Counted from the first letter of the stretch, positions 1-11,533 are shown. The stretch is 32,000 nucleotides of DNA from Candidatus Saccharimonadota bacterium (GCA_963677765.1 OY782392.1:900001-932000), one strand, 5' to 3'. Numbers and translations are program-made. The notes: generated by a model from the sequence alone, not told the origin.

Positions 1-747
1 CCTTTGGGTATATGAAATGGTTCAACAGTTAAATATGCTGCTGATATTTTAACACAGTTTTTTATGTTGGAATGAGATGTTGAAGAGCTTGATGATGTAA
101 CTTGAAATGTTTTAAAACAATGATTAGCTTCTTATTTATTATATTGAGATATAAATTGATATAACTCATATGATTCTAGATTTTTAGAATTAACTAATTT
201 ATGAGAAAATTCTCTATATTTATTTTCTAGAGGTGATATACATATGGTTGTATGATATCCTAGTATGGTAAATGATATATCAGATTATTGATATTCTAGC
301 TCTTTCTTACAAGCAAGAGTCTTTCCACAATATTTTTCAGGTGAAGGAAATTATCTAATTAATTATAACTATTTTGTTATAAATAAAGATACAAATAATA
401 TAAATTTAGCACAAGATTTTTTATCTTATATATCAAATGATTCATGAGCTAGTGTATTTTTAAATAATTTTAAATATTACTTGCCATCACTTTTATCTTT
501 GGATGCAGAATTTTTACCAAAAAAGATTCATAGTGATTTTAATGTTGTCTTGGAAGATTTTTACGCTGATGAATATATGTTATCAAGTTTTGATAAATGA
601 ATTAAAAATATTTATGATTCAAAAATAATATCAATTTTGGATAATTGAGCATATGCAGAATCGAATTTTGAACAATTTGCTAATTCACTTATGTGTAAAA
701 CAAAAAAAATAATAAACTTTGAAAGTTTATCAAAAGACTGTAATTAG
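1..747 (+). CDS. ABC-type extracellular solute-binding protein-like, C-terminal part (5' end outside window)
   Basis: Frame +1 is open from nt 1 to TAG 745-747 only if 12 in-frame TGA are read as Gly. The tail (..GDIHMVVGYPSMVNDISDYG..NYFVINKDTNNINLAQDFLSYISNDSGASVFLNNFKYYLPSL..) resembles the C-terminal lobe of family-1 sugar-binding proteins. A hairpin terminator follows. Family call by eye only. Confidence 0.4.
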
Positions 748-754
748 TTTATTA

Positions 755-781
755 AAAACCGATCATTAGATCGGTTTTAAT
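755..781 (+). terminator. Rho-independent terminator
   Basis: aaaaccgatc / atta / gatcggtttt: 10-bp stem, 4-nt loop and T-run, 8 nt after the TAG stop. Confidence 0.8.
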
Positions 782-796
782 TTGTAATTTAAAAAA

Positions 797-1909
797 ATGA
801 AAAGTTATAATTGTTATATTCATATACCATTTTGTAGTAGTAAATGTAAATATTGTAGATTTGCATCTTTTTGAATAACTCAAAAATTACAAATTCAAAA
901 TTATGTTAATTTTTTATTAAAAGAAATTAATTCATGAAATAAACACTGACAGCTATTAGATACTATTTACTTTTGATGATGAACACCATGAGTTTTATCT
1001 TTATCTAATTTCGAAGAAATATTAACTACTCTAAGAAATAATTATATTTTTTCTAATGATATAGAAATCTCTATTGAAACTACACCAGAGAATGTTACTA
1101 TTGAAAACTTATTATGATGGAAAAAATTATGAATAAATAGAATAAGTATGTGAGTTCAAACTTTGAATGAAAAATCTTTAAAAGAAATTGATAGATCAGC
1201 TAAATGAGATATTTTACAAGCATTAGATAATATAAAAAGTGAGTGATTTGATAATTTATCTATAGATTTTATTATTTGATTACCTTATGTTTCAGCTTGA
1301 GAAATAAATGAAAATATAGACTTTTTACTAAATAAATATTCTTTTATAAAGCATATTTCTGTATATATGCTAGAAGAATATTATGATGTTCCAGAAGATA
1401 AAGAGTCAAAATTTGATAATATTACTTATCCTGACTCTTGGCATAAAACATGAATATCACTTGATGAATATGGTGAAGAATATATTTCGATAAGAAATAA
1501 TTTAGAAAAATATAATTTTAATAGATATGAAATTTCTAATTATTCTAAAAAATGATATGAATGTAAACATAATCAATGATATTGGAATCATAAGGAAGTA
1601 ATTGCATATTGATTGTGAGCATATTGATATTTAGATAATATTAGATATTCAAACAGTGAATCATTTTTAGATTATTATTCATGAAAAAATATTTCTACTA
1701 CAATTGTAAATAAAAATGATATTTTTATAGAAAATATTATGTTTATGATTAGAACTAGTTGAATAGATATATCATATTTAGATAAACTTGATAAAGAAAA
1801 AATTGATTACTTTGTAGAAAATTGATATCTAAAAAAAGAATCAAATAAAATAATATTATCTGATTCTGGAGTTGTTTATATGGATTATATTTTATGAGAA
1901 ATATTATAA
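797..1909 (+). CDS. hemW: Radical SAM heme chaperone HemW (HemN-like, oxygen-independent coproporphyrinogen oxidase family)
   Basis: ATG 797 to TAA 1907-1909, 370 aa with TGA=Gly, checked codon by codon. Has CxxxCxxC (CSSKCKYC, residues 13-20), a GGGTP motif written TGA-TGA-TGA-ACA-CCA (974-988), and HNQGYW. Confidence 0.85.
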
Positions 1910-1911
1910 AT

Positions 1912-1937
1912 AAAAAAAGAGCAATTGCTCTTTTTTT
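1912..1937. terminator. Bidirectional hairpin terminator shared by convergent hemW and hpf-like genes
   Basis: aaaaaaagagc / aatt / gctcttttttt: an A-run and T-run flank a GAGC/GCTC core. It overlaps the hpf-like stop codon (1936-1938). Confidence 0.7.
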
Positions 1938-2259
1938 ATTTACTTGATAATTCTTCTTTGAAGTGATCAAATAAGTGATTTAATAAATCATCTAAATTTT
2001 TGTAATCTTCTCTAGAATATCTAAAACTATCAACATCTAATTTAGCTGATAATACTCAGTCAAACATATCTTTTTTATTTTTTTCAACTTTTACTTCTAT
2101 AAGACCTTCAGCATCAGCTTTGTCATTATATTTTTTTAAATAATTATCTAATTTGTTTTCTAAGTTATGTTTTACTAATCTTTCAGTTGCTTCTTTAGAT
2201 TCTTCAGCGTTAACATGTATTTTTACTTGTATTTCCATATTTTCACTTATTATTATCAT
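1936..2259 (-). CDS. hpf: Ribosome hibernation-promoting factor / RaiA (YfiA)-like protein, short form
   Basis: The 67-aa track ORF 2056..2259 continues through TGA (2056-2058) to TAA at 1936-1938 (107 aa). Sequence: MEIQVKIHVNAEESKEATERLVKHNLENKLDNYLKKY...GVLSAKLDVDSFRYSREDYKNLDDLLNHLFDHFKEELSSK. Size and pattern fit HPF/RaiA but it is divergent. The start may instead be the Met codon at 2236-2238. Confidence 0.5.
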
Positions 2260-2375
2260 ATAAAAATCAAAAAAGGTTTTAAGTAATTTATAAAGGCTTT
2301 TTTACTTAACTTCTTTTTTACATGAAATATTTTATCATATTAAAATTTTAAATCAAATAAAATTTAAAAAAATAA

Positions 2376-2404
2376 TTGAAAATTACTGATATTTAGATAT
2401 AAAT
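2376..2404 (+). promoter_or_regulatory. Candidate sigma70-type promoter for gatB
   Basis: TTGAAA (2376-2381), 17-nt spacer, ATAAAT (2399-2404), about 30 nt upstream of the gatB ATG. Such matches arise easily by chance in AT-rich DNA. Confidence 0.3.
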
Positions 2405-2436
2405 ATAAATATAATTATTATTTAGTATAGTAAAAG

Positions 2437-3873
2437 ATGAATAAATATAAAGCAACTATTTGATTAGAAATACATGTAAGAATAAAATCTAAGACTAAAA
2501 TGTTCTGTTCTTGTAAAAATGCAGTAGAATTAGCTTCAGAACCAAACAAAAATGTATGTAGTGTATGTATGTGATTTCCAGGTATGTTACCAGCATTAAA
2601 TAAAGAAGTTGTTAGACTTTGACTTATAGGTGGTATGGCTATGAATTGTGAAGTTAATAAACATTCTAGATTTGATAGAAAAACATATTTTTATCCTGAT
2701 AATCCAACTGCATATCAAATAACTCAAATGTATGAACCTATAGTAGGTGAATGAAAAGTTAAAACAATTGTTGAATGAGAAGTTAGAGAGTTTTGAATTC
2801 ATCATATGCATTTAGAAAATGATGCTTGAAAATTAATACATGCATGAGGTAAAACATTATGTGATTTTAATAGAGCTTGAAGTCCTTTAATGGAAATAGT
2901 TACAGATCCAGTTTTTCATACAAAAGAAGAAGTAATGGAATTTTTAAAGGAAATTCAAAAAATCATGAGAGCATGTAATGTTAGTGATGCTGATATGGAA
3001 AAAGGTCAAATGAGATGTGATGTTAATATATCAGTTGCTCCTGAATGAAGTGATAAGCTATGAGCTAGAACAGAGACAAAAAATGTTAACTCTTTTTCTG
3101 CTATTGGTAGAGTAATAGATCATGAAACAAAAAGACAAATAAAAATTATTGAATCAGGATGAGTAGTTGATCAAGAAACTAGATGATGGGATGATGATAA
3201 ATGAGTTTCAGTTACTCAAAGAAGTAAAGAAGATGCTATGGATTATAGATATTTTCCTGAACCTGATTTATTAGATTTAAACTTAGACGATGATTTTATA
3301 GAAGAAGCAAGATCTACTATTCCAGAATTACCAATTGAAAAAAGAATTAGATATTTAAATGATTTCAAATTATCAGAAGATGATGCTAGATTATTAACTA
3401 CTGATAGAGCCTTAAGTGAATATTTTGATACTTTGGTTTGATTAACTAATGATGCTAAAAAATCTTGTTCTTATATCACTACTATATTATTGGCTATGAT
3501 AAATGAATCAGAAGATATAAATAGTGTAAGTGAATTAAAATTTGATATAAAAGAATTAGCAAAAGTTATAGAGTTAGTTAACAAAGATGAATTATCAAGT
3601 ACTAATTCAAAACAAGTAGTAGAAGAATTATTTAATAATTGATGAGAAGCAGATATTATAGTTGATGAAAATAATCTTAGACAAAAAAATGATATGTGAG
3701 CTTTAGATGCTATAGTCGATGAAGTATTAGCTAATTGTAGTTCACAAGTAGAAGATTATAAAAATGGTAATGAAAATATATTTGGTTTCTTTGTATGACA
3801 ATGTATGAAAGCATCAAAAGGTCAATGAAATCCAAAAATATTTAATGAATTATTAAAAGAAAAACTAAAATAA
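2437..3873 (+). CDS. gatB: Asp-tRNA(Asn)/Glu-tRNA(Gln) amidotransferase subunit B
   Basis: 478 aa with TGA=Gly, N-terminal half checked codon by codon. Motifs: ATI-G-LEIHV (Gly = TGA 2461-2463), CSVCMGFPGMLP, HLENDAGK, RGWD (TGA 3184-3186 beside TGG 3187-3189), YFPEPDL. The track ORF 3238..3441 is in frame. Confidence 0.95.
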
Positions 3874-3874
3874 T

Positions 3875-3909
3875 AAAAAAGAGCCTTATATAAATAGGTT
3901 CTTTTTTTT
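3875..3909 (+). terminator. Rho-independent terminator after gatB
   Basis: aaaagagcct / tatataaat / aggttctttt hairpin (one G-U pair) followed by a T-run. Confidence 0.55.
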
Positions 3910-4004
3910 GCTTTGAAAATTATAATATGATATTATTTATTTAGTATTAATGTTTTTGCCAAATTTATAGGCTTAACATAATTTATGTTTAACGATTTTA
4001 AACC

Positions 4005-6314
4005 ATGATAAATAAATTATTAAATATTTTTTCAAAAAATAAAAAATCAATATTTTTTATATTATTTTTTGTTTTTGCTTTTTTTGCATTTAGTGATATT
4101 TCTTTTGCAAATGAAAGTTGAAATTTATTAGATACTGAAACAAAAGAAAAGATATGAGAAGCTATTAGATGGATTTGATCAACAATTGTTGTTTTTTTAT
4201 CTATTCTTACATATTTATGAGTTATGTTTTTATCTCCAGAATGGATTAATGGTAGTCTTTTTGGTTTAAATGAGTATTTCAAAGATATATGGATATTGGT
4301 TTCAAATGTAGTATATTTTATATTTGCATTTATCCTTATATGGATAGCATTTATGAATATTATTTGAAAATGACAAGATAAATATCAGTTAAAACAAGCT
4401 TTGCCTAAGTTTTTGATATGAATTCTTATAGTTCCTTTATCATGGTTTATTGTTAATTTTATATTGTCAATTTCTGCTATATTAACTGTAGCAGCTATTA
4501 ATTTGCCTTTTGATACATTTCAATGATTCAATAGTAAAATATCAGAAGTTGATATTCCAAATGATTGTAAGATAGATCTTACAAAAGAATCATGAAATAA
4601 AGATGCTAATTGAAATACTCCTACTAAAAAATATTTTTCTTGTGTTGATGAAAAAGATTGATGAAAAACTGTTAAATTAAAAGATATAATGAATTCAGAT
4701 AACTCTAGTACAAAAATATTTTGAGTTCTTTGAACTTATGCTTATGGTGTTTTGTGATTAGAAAGTTTAGACTATTTAACTGATTTTCAAACTAATACTA
4801 TAAAAACTATATGAGATTTAATTGTAAAACTTGTTTTTGATGTATTGTTTATAGTTGTTTATGCTGTTTTGATGATAGCTTTAGCATTGGTTTTGATGAC
4901 TAGATGAATATATATATGGATATATTTAATGATATCTCCTGTATTTGGTTTGATGTATTTTTTTGATAAATCTAGTTGAGGTTGAGAGTTTTTCGATAAA
5001 TTCAATATAAAACAATTTATATCTTTAGCTATGGTTCCTGTTTATACAATGTTAGCATTAACTTTTGGTTTATTGTTTATATTTGTTGTATGACAATGAA
5101 TGGTTAGTGGTAATACATCTAATTCTTTTCCATGACTTCAATCAGTTAGTATTAAATCAAACAATGATAATGAAAGTAGTACATTAACTATAGGTTCATG
5201 ACAAGATGACGATAAAAAATTTAAATTAACTATTGTCTGAGCAGCTGCAAGTGAAAAAAATATAACTGAAATATGGGACAGGGTTAAGACTGAATGAAAC
5301 TGATGATTGGGAGTAATTTGAACTCTTATAATGAAAATATTTGGTATTGTTATATTATGGTGAGCTGTTATGGCTGCTCTTAGATCAAATGATGTAACAA
5401 AAGCTGTAGTTGAACCACTTCATGCATTTGGTACACAAGTATGACAACTTGCTGCTAAATCGCCACAATATATGCCTTTATTTTGAGGACAAAGTATGCA
5501 AAGTTTGAAGACTATTCAATGATCTATTGAATGAAGTATAAATCAATGAGCTAGAGATAGGGCTACTAATTTTACTTCAAAATATATGCCGTTTTTAGAT
5601 GCAGATTCTACCTGAAGAAAGGCTAATATGGAAACACTGCATAACAATTTAAAAACATGAAACTACTCTTCTGCTGACACTCCTAGAACACTTAAACCAG
5701 CTTGGATAGAATATTTGAAAAATATTCAAGATACTGAATGAGCTAGAAGATTAGATACTGAAGATGTACTTAAAGAATTTGCAAGAAAACTACAAGTTGA
5801 TATAAGTTGAATAAATTTTAATAGTAGAGCATGATATGCTGATGCTATAAAAAGAATAGAAAATCGTTTTGATTGAGATAGTGTAGGATGAGTTTTAGAT
5901 TGAGATGTTAGTTCTAATGCTTCATTGTGACCAGATGATATAGATAGGTTAATAAGATGAGTTTCTTCTAATTGATGAAATAACCAACAAAATAATTGAT
6001 GAAATAATCAACAAAATAATTGATGAAATAATCAACAAAGTAATCAACAAGATAATGTTGCTAGTCAAACTAGGACTGTAAATATAAATTTAACTGATAA
6101 TTGAATGAGGCAAATAGATTTATCATGAGTTGAATGAATTTCAATAACTGATGAAGATATAACAGCTATAAATTCTATAAATGATGTAAATTGAATGACA
6201 AAAGTTGGTTTCTCAAATAAGTTAAGAGATGTTGGTATTTCAAATAATAAAATTGATCCTATTATTAATTATTTAGTAGAAAAATGAATAACTTTCTCAG
6301 ATAATAATAATTAG
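4005..6314 (+). CDS. Large multi-pass membrane protein with signal peptide and Q/N-rich C-terminal domain (TrbL/VirB6-like topology; function unknown)
   Basis: ATG 4005 to TAG 6312-6314, 769 aa with TGA=Gly; first ~550 nt checked codon by codon. N-terminus MINKLLNIFSKNKKSIFFILFFVFAFFAFSDISFA looks like a signal peptide. At least 7 hydrophobic segments follow (e.g. IWILVSNVVYFIFAFILIWIAFMNII, LIVKLVFDVLFIVVYAVLMIALALVLM), then a ~330-aa hydrophilic tail containing (GGNNQQNN)x3. Confidence 0.7.
5970..6053 (+). repeat. In-frame 24-nt tandem repeat (3 units plus a partial unit) encoding N-G-G-N-N-Q-Q-N
   Basis: Units aattgatgaaataaccaacaaaat (5970-5993), aattgatgaaataatcaacaaaat (5994-6017) and aattgatgaaataatcaacaaagt (6018-6041), then the partial unit aatcaacaagat. 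Each full unit carries two TGA codons. Confidence 0.9.
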
Positions 6315-6332
6315 AATAGATAATAATATACT

Positions 6333-6362
6333 AAAAAAAAAATCCCTTATAGGGATTTTTTT
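6333..6362. terminator. Bidirectional hairpin terminator between convergent genes
   Basis: A-run / tccct-tat-aggga / T-run. The minus-strand CDS stop (6347-6349) lies inside the hairpin. Confidence 0.65.
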
Positions 6363-7501
6363 AGTATAAAATCATTTATATCTATAATTTCTAATTCTTC
6401 ATAAATTAGCTTTTTGATATTTAATTCTTTTAAATTTTCTACTAGAAGATATTTTTTATTTTTATCTCATATTTTTAATAACTTATTTACTTCTTTTTTT
6501 ATTTCAGAAGATTCTTTTTCAGATGATATATGTATGTATATAGTATTATCTTCTTTTTTTCATATGAAACTAAATTCAAAAACTCAGTTTTTTCATCATA
6601 AAATATTATAATTGTTATATTTTAATAGTATAAAAATTAAGTTTTCTATTAAAATATTTTTATCTAATCAAAAATTAGTTAGGTAATTTCTGATTCCATT
6701 ATCTCAAAAATAATATTTATTTTTTCAGTTAATAATTTTATTTTTTTTGAAATCAAATAATTCTATCTTATGTATTATTTTTTCTTGTACACTAAAGTCT
6801 ATATAATCATAAAAAGTCTTAGGTGCTATTTTTCCTGCTTCGCTTATATCTCTTAATAACTCTCTATTTGATTTAAATATATTTAAATATGCTAAAAATG
6901 TAATTGTATAATAATACAAATCTATATTTTTAACTCATTTTAAATTAAAAATACTATCTGTTATTATTTTATTAGTAATTAATTCTAGTCATATTTTTTT
7001 ATCTTCAATTAGTTTTAATTTTTTAATTGATCAATATTTTATTGTTTTATTTATATCTGTGCTATCTATTTTTTGAGTTATTTCAAAGTTTTTTATATTG
7101 GGTATTATAATATCGTTTCATATTATTATAATTTTCTTATCTAATTTATAATATTTTGATAAAAAATCTTTTATTCATTCTACTTTTCAACTATTTTGTA
7201 TAAAAATATATTTACTTTCTTTAATATTGATATAGTTCTCTATATCAATATTTGATTTTATTAGATTATGTTTATCTAGACTTTTGTTTAGATATGTATA
7301 ATTTTCTCATATATTTGTTTTTTTTATTATATTTGCTAGATATAATTCTTTTCATGATTCTTTCATTCATGAAATAATGGTTATTTTTTCTTTATTTATA
7401 TTTTTTACAATATCTGATAATGTATTAATATTTATATTTTTATCATTTATATTGTTTATAAAATCTATATTAATTTTTAATAATTCTTTTAAATTGTTCA
7501 T
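6347..7501 (-). CDS. COG1373-type AAA+ ATPase-like protein (AAA_14 + DUF4143 architecture) with degenerate Walker motifs
   Basis: 384 aa. I checked the whole minus frame for TAA/TAG and found none, and track ORF 6725..6919 is in frame. P-loop-like ISGMKESGKE, Walker-B position YIFIQN, YYFGDNGIRNYL (DUF4143-like), and a C-terminal GGKNGVFEFSFI...IYIHISS module. Confidence 0.65.
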
Positions 7502-7673
7502 ATTTAATATTACAATATTTATGTTTTATTTTGATTGTTTTTATTATTAATATTTTATATTAAAAGTCAATTTTTTATCTTAAATATATATTTACTCTTA
7601 TGTAAAGCTTATTTTTTTGACTAAACTTGTTTTTTTATTTTAATAGAATTACTTTATTAATTTAATACTATAT

Positions 7674-9011
7674 ATGAGGTATTTAATTTTTGCATTATAC
7701 GTTATTTTAGCCTTGGTTTGAGTACATTTATTAGTATGATCTAATTTATCGACTCAAGCCAATTTCTTTTTATTACTTGCTGTATTTTTATGAATTTATA
7801 TGGCAGTAAATATTTGAGCAAATGATGTTGCTAATAGTGTTTGACCTGCTGTTTGATCTGGAGCTTTAAAACTTAAACATGCTATAATAATAGCAGCAGT
7901 TTTTGAATTATTATGAGCTGTTATTGCATGATGAGAAGTTGTTAAAACTGTTAAAAATGGTATCATTGATGTAAATATGATTGATAATGTATCTGTATTT
8001 ATATTTATAATGATGGCTGCTTTGTTTTCAGCTGCTGCTTGGCTTAATTTGGCTACATATTTCAAAGCTCCTGTTTCAACTACTCATTCTATAGTTTGAT
8101 GAATTATGTGAGCATGAATAGCTGCTTTATGATTTTGAGTTGTTGATTGGTGAACAATGTGAAAAATTGTTTCTAGTTGGTTTATATCTCCATTATTAGG
8201 TTGATTAATTGCAGCTTTGTTTTTGTATCTTATAAAAACATTAATTATTTTTACTGATGATAAGGTTTCACAGTCAAAAAAATGGGTTCCATTTTTTGTT
8301 GCTATTATGGCTTGGGCTTTTATAACTTTTTTAGCTATTAAGTGACTTAAGCATATTATTAGCATAGATTTTATATTTGCTTCTCATATGTGACTTTTAG
8401 TTTGATTTTTTGTTTACTTTTTTCTTAGATCTAGTATATGAAAGAAAACATCAAAAATTTCTAATGATAGAAAATGAGTAGCTAAACTTTTTAATATTCC
8501 TCTTGTATTTGCAGTTGTTTTATTGACTTTTGCTCATTGATCAAATGATGTAGCTAATGCTATTTGACCTTTGGCTGCTATATATGATTCTTTGGTTAAT
8601 TCTTGAATAAATTGAAGTGTTTGAGTACCTTTTTGGATATTACTTTTATGATGAACAGGTTTATCTTTTTGATTGCTTCTTTTTTGACCTAGAATTATAA
8701 AGGCTGTTGGTACTGAAATCACAGAATTAGATCAAATTAGAGCTTTTTGTATAGCTTTATCTGCTGCTATTACAGTTATATTGGCTAGTCAATTATGATT
8801 ACCTGTAAGTACTACTCATGTTGCCATTGGTTGAGTTTTTTGAGTATGATTTTTAAGAGAATATCTTCATAAAAAACAACATGGTAAAAAAGAAAAATTT
8901 GTTCAAAGAAATATGATGTTTAAAATTATTTCTGCTTGGTTAATAACAGTTCCTATAGTAGCATTTATTTCTTGAATGTTCTTTGTATTATTCAATTTTA
9001 TGTTTATATAA
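7674..9011 (+). CDS. pit: Inorganic phosphate transporter, PiT (PHO4) family
   Basis: 445 aa, checked codon by codon. Carries the duplicated PiT signatures GANDVANSVGP and GSNDVANAIGP, VSTTHSIVGG / VSTTHVAIGG, and many hydrophobic segments. The three minus-strand track ORFs here are antisense shadows. Confidence 0.9.
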
Positions 9012-9019
9012 AATAATTA

Positions 9020-9056
9020 AAAAAGTAAAAAATATTTATTTTTTACTTTTTTTTTG
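9020..9056 (+). terminator. Weak A/U-rich hairpin terminator after pit
   Basis: aaaaagtaaaaaat / attt / attttttacttttt: a long stem, almost entirely A-T, followed by a T-run. Confidence 0.45.
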
Positions 9057-9095
9057 TATACTATAGGCCAAAATATATAGATAATAATAAAAAAT

Positions 9096-10844
9096 ATGGA
9101 AGATAAAATTATTTCTTTATTAAAAGACTTAATAAAATCACAATATGATATTGAAATTGATAATATCAAGCTAGAAATACCGCCTAAAAAAGAACTTTGA
9201 GATTTTGCATTTGGAGCTTTTTTATTATCAAGAGATTTAAAAAGAAATCCAAATCAAATAGCAAATGAAATAAAAGATATTTTATTATCAAATGATTTAA
9301 TAGAAAAAGCATCAGTTGAATGACCTTATTTAAATATATTTGTTAATAAATCAAGCTTTAATGATTTATTTTTGAGTACTTATAGTGATGATTATTTTAA
9401 TAAAATCTCTTCATTTTGAGATAATAAAAAAATAGTTATTGATTATATATGAGCAAATGTAGGTAAACCACTTCATATTGGTCATATGTGTACTCCAAAT
9501 CAATGACAAGCAATGATTAATGCTTATAAAAAACTTTGATATGATGTTATTTCAGATAGTCATATAGGGGATTGGTGAATAATTTTTGGTAAACTTATTG
9601 CTGCTTATAAATTATGGTGAGAAGAATCTAGATTAAAAGAAAATGCAGTTGATTATCTTTTGGAATTATATGTAAAAATAACTTCTGAAATTGAAGAAGT
9701 TTGAGAAGAATTAGAACAAAAAACTAGAGATGAATTTAAATTATTATCTTCTTGAGATACTGAATCTATAGAACTATGGAGAAAATTCACTAGTTATTCT
9801 ATAGATGCTATGAATCAACAACTAGCAAGACTAAATGTAAAACCTGATTACAATATTTGAGAAAGTTTTTATGAAGGATTATGACTTCCAAAAATGGAAG
9901 ATTATCCAGATTTAAAATACGATATGCATTTTATAGTAAATGAATTAGTTTGAAAAAATATTGCAACAAAAAATGAAGATAATTCAGTATGAGTAAATTT
10001 TGATGAATCAAAAAAAATACCAAGTTGTATATTACAAAAAAGAGATTGAACACATGGTTATTTGGCATCAGATTTAGCAGCTATAAAATATAGAGTTGAA
10101 AACTGGAATCCTGAAAAAATAATATATTTTGTTGATGTAAGACAACAAATGCATTTAAAACAAGCATTTGATATTGCTAATTCTGCTTGATGGCTAAAAA
10201 ATACAGAATTATTCCATGCTTATAACTGATTTATAAGCTTAAAAGATTGAGCTATGTCTACTCGTAAAGGTAGAATTATAAAACTAGATGCTTTATTGGA
10301 TGAATCAGAGAAAAGAGCAAAAAATATTATTTTAGAAAAAAGAGATGATATTTCTTGAGAAGAACTTGATAATTTATCAAAGATAATTTGAACTTGAGCT
10401 ATTAAATATTGATATTTGAAAAAATCTAGAGAAAGTGATGTTATATTTGATTGGGATGAGTTTATGAGTTTTGAGTGAAATAGTTGACCATATATTCAGT
10501 ATGCTTATGTTAGATCTATAAGAATATTAGAAAACTTTTGAGATGATATAGATATTAAACATAATATAGTTTTTGAAAACGATGAAGAAACTGATTTGAT
10601 AAAAACTTTATCTAATTATAGTGATATTCTTATCGAATCTACAAAAACAAACTCTCCTCATATTCTATGTAAATATGCTTATTCTTTAACTAAATCTTTT
10701 AATTCTTTTTATAATAATGTTCATATTTTAAATGAAGAAGATTTAGATAAAAAATTATCAAGATTAAAATTAGTTAAACTTTTTTGAATTATTTTAAAAG
10801 ATACATTTTCTATTTTATGAATAGATATGCCTAACAAAATGTAA
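9096..10844 (+). CDS. argS: Arginine--tRNA ligase
   Basis: 582 aa. Motifs: HIGH-type KPLHIGH, HIGDWG (TGG 9573-9575 next to TGA 9576-9578), and a C-terminal ...MPNKM end. The track ORF 10596..10787 is in frame. Confidence 0.95.
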
Positions 10845-10847
10845 TTT

Positions 10848-11516
10848 ATGAATGTTGATTATAATAAATTTGCTTCTACTTTTTCAAAAAGTAGAAAAAA
10901 TATGAAGTGGGAAGAATTGAATTATTTTATAGATAATTATTTAAAGAATAGTGGTTTTTCTTTACTAGATATATGATGTGGTAATGGTAGATTATTATCA
11001 CATCTAAATCAAAATATTGATGATATCAATTTTGATTATGTTTGATGTGATGCTTCTAGTCTTATGATTGAAGAAGCTAAAAATATACATAAAAATGATA
11101 ATTTTTATGTATTAAATATGTTAAACTTAGAAGAATTTAATATATGAAAAAAATTTGATTTCATTGTTTTTATAGCATCATTTCATCATCTTGATAGTTT
11201 TGAAGATAGGGAATTAGTTTTAGATGAAGCTAAAAAACTACTAAAAAAAGATTGAATAGTTTTTATGACTAATTGGTCACTGGATAGTGATTTAAATTAT
11301 GAAAAATATATAAATTCAAGAATAGAAGACTCTTTAAATGAATATGGGTCTAGTGATTACAATATAAAAATCTGAGAGTTTGATAGATATTATCATTGTT
11401 TTAATTTAAATGAATTAAATACTTTGTTTAAAAAAACTTGATTTGATATTATAGAAAATAGATTATTTGATAATTCTAGAAACATAATTAGTGTAATAAA
11501 AAAAATCTGAGATTAA
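10848..11516 (+). CDS. Class I SAM-dependent methyltransferase, Trm9-like
   Basis: 222 aa, checked codon by codon, starting 3 nt after the argS stop. Motif I is LLDIGCGNGR. The N-terminal YNKFASTFSKSRKNMKW and the RYYHCFNLNELNTLFKKTGF segment recall the Trm9/ALKBH8 methyltransferase family (by eye). Confidence 0.75.
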
Positions 11517-11531
11517 TTTCTCAGATTTTTT
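11501..11531. terminator. Bidirectional hairpin terminator (methyltransferase / pilin convergent pair)
   Basis: aaaaatctgaga / ttaatt / tctcagattttt: 8-bp core stem with flanking A- and T-runs. It overlaps the methyltransferase stop codon. Confidence 0.75.
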
Positions 11532-11533
11532 TA

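Noticed and set aside
5970-6053. Possible CRISPR array or non-coding satellite.
   Set aside because: The 24-nt units are directly adjacent with no spacers. They are in frame, encode a Q/N/G-rich linker inside a long CDS, and no cas genes are nearby.
7796-8722. Three minus-strand ORFs from the supplied track (7796..8065, 8084..8365, 8534..8722).
   Set aside because: They lie antisense to a continuous plus-strand PiT transporter frame (7674..9011) with duplicated GANDVAN signatures. Their peptides are low-complexity and carry no motifs, so they are shadow ORFs.
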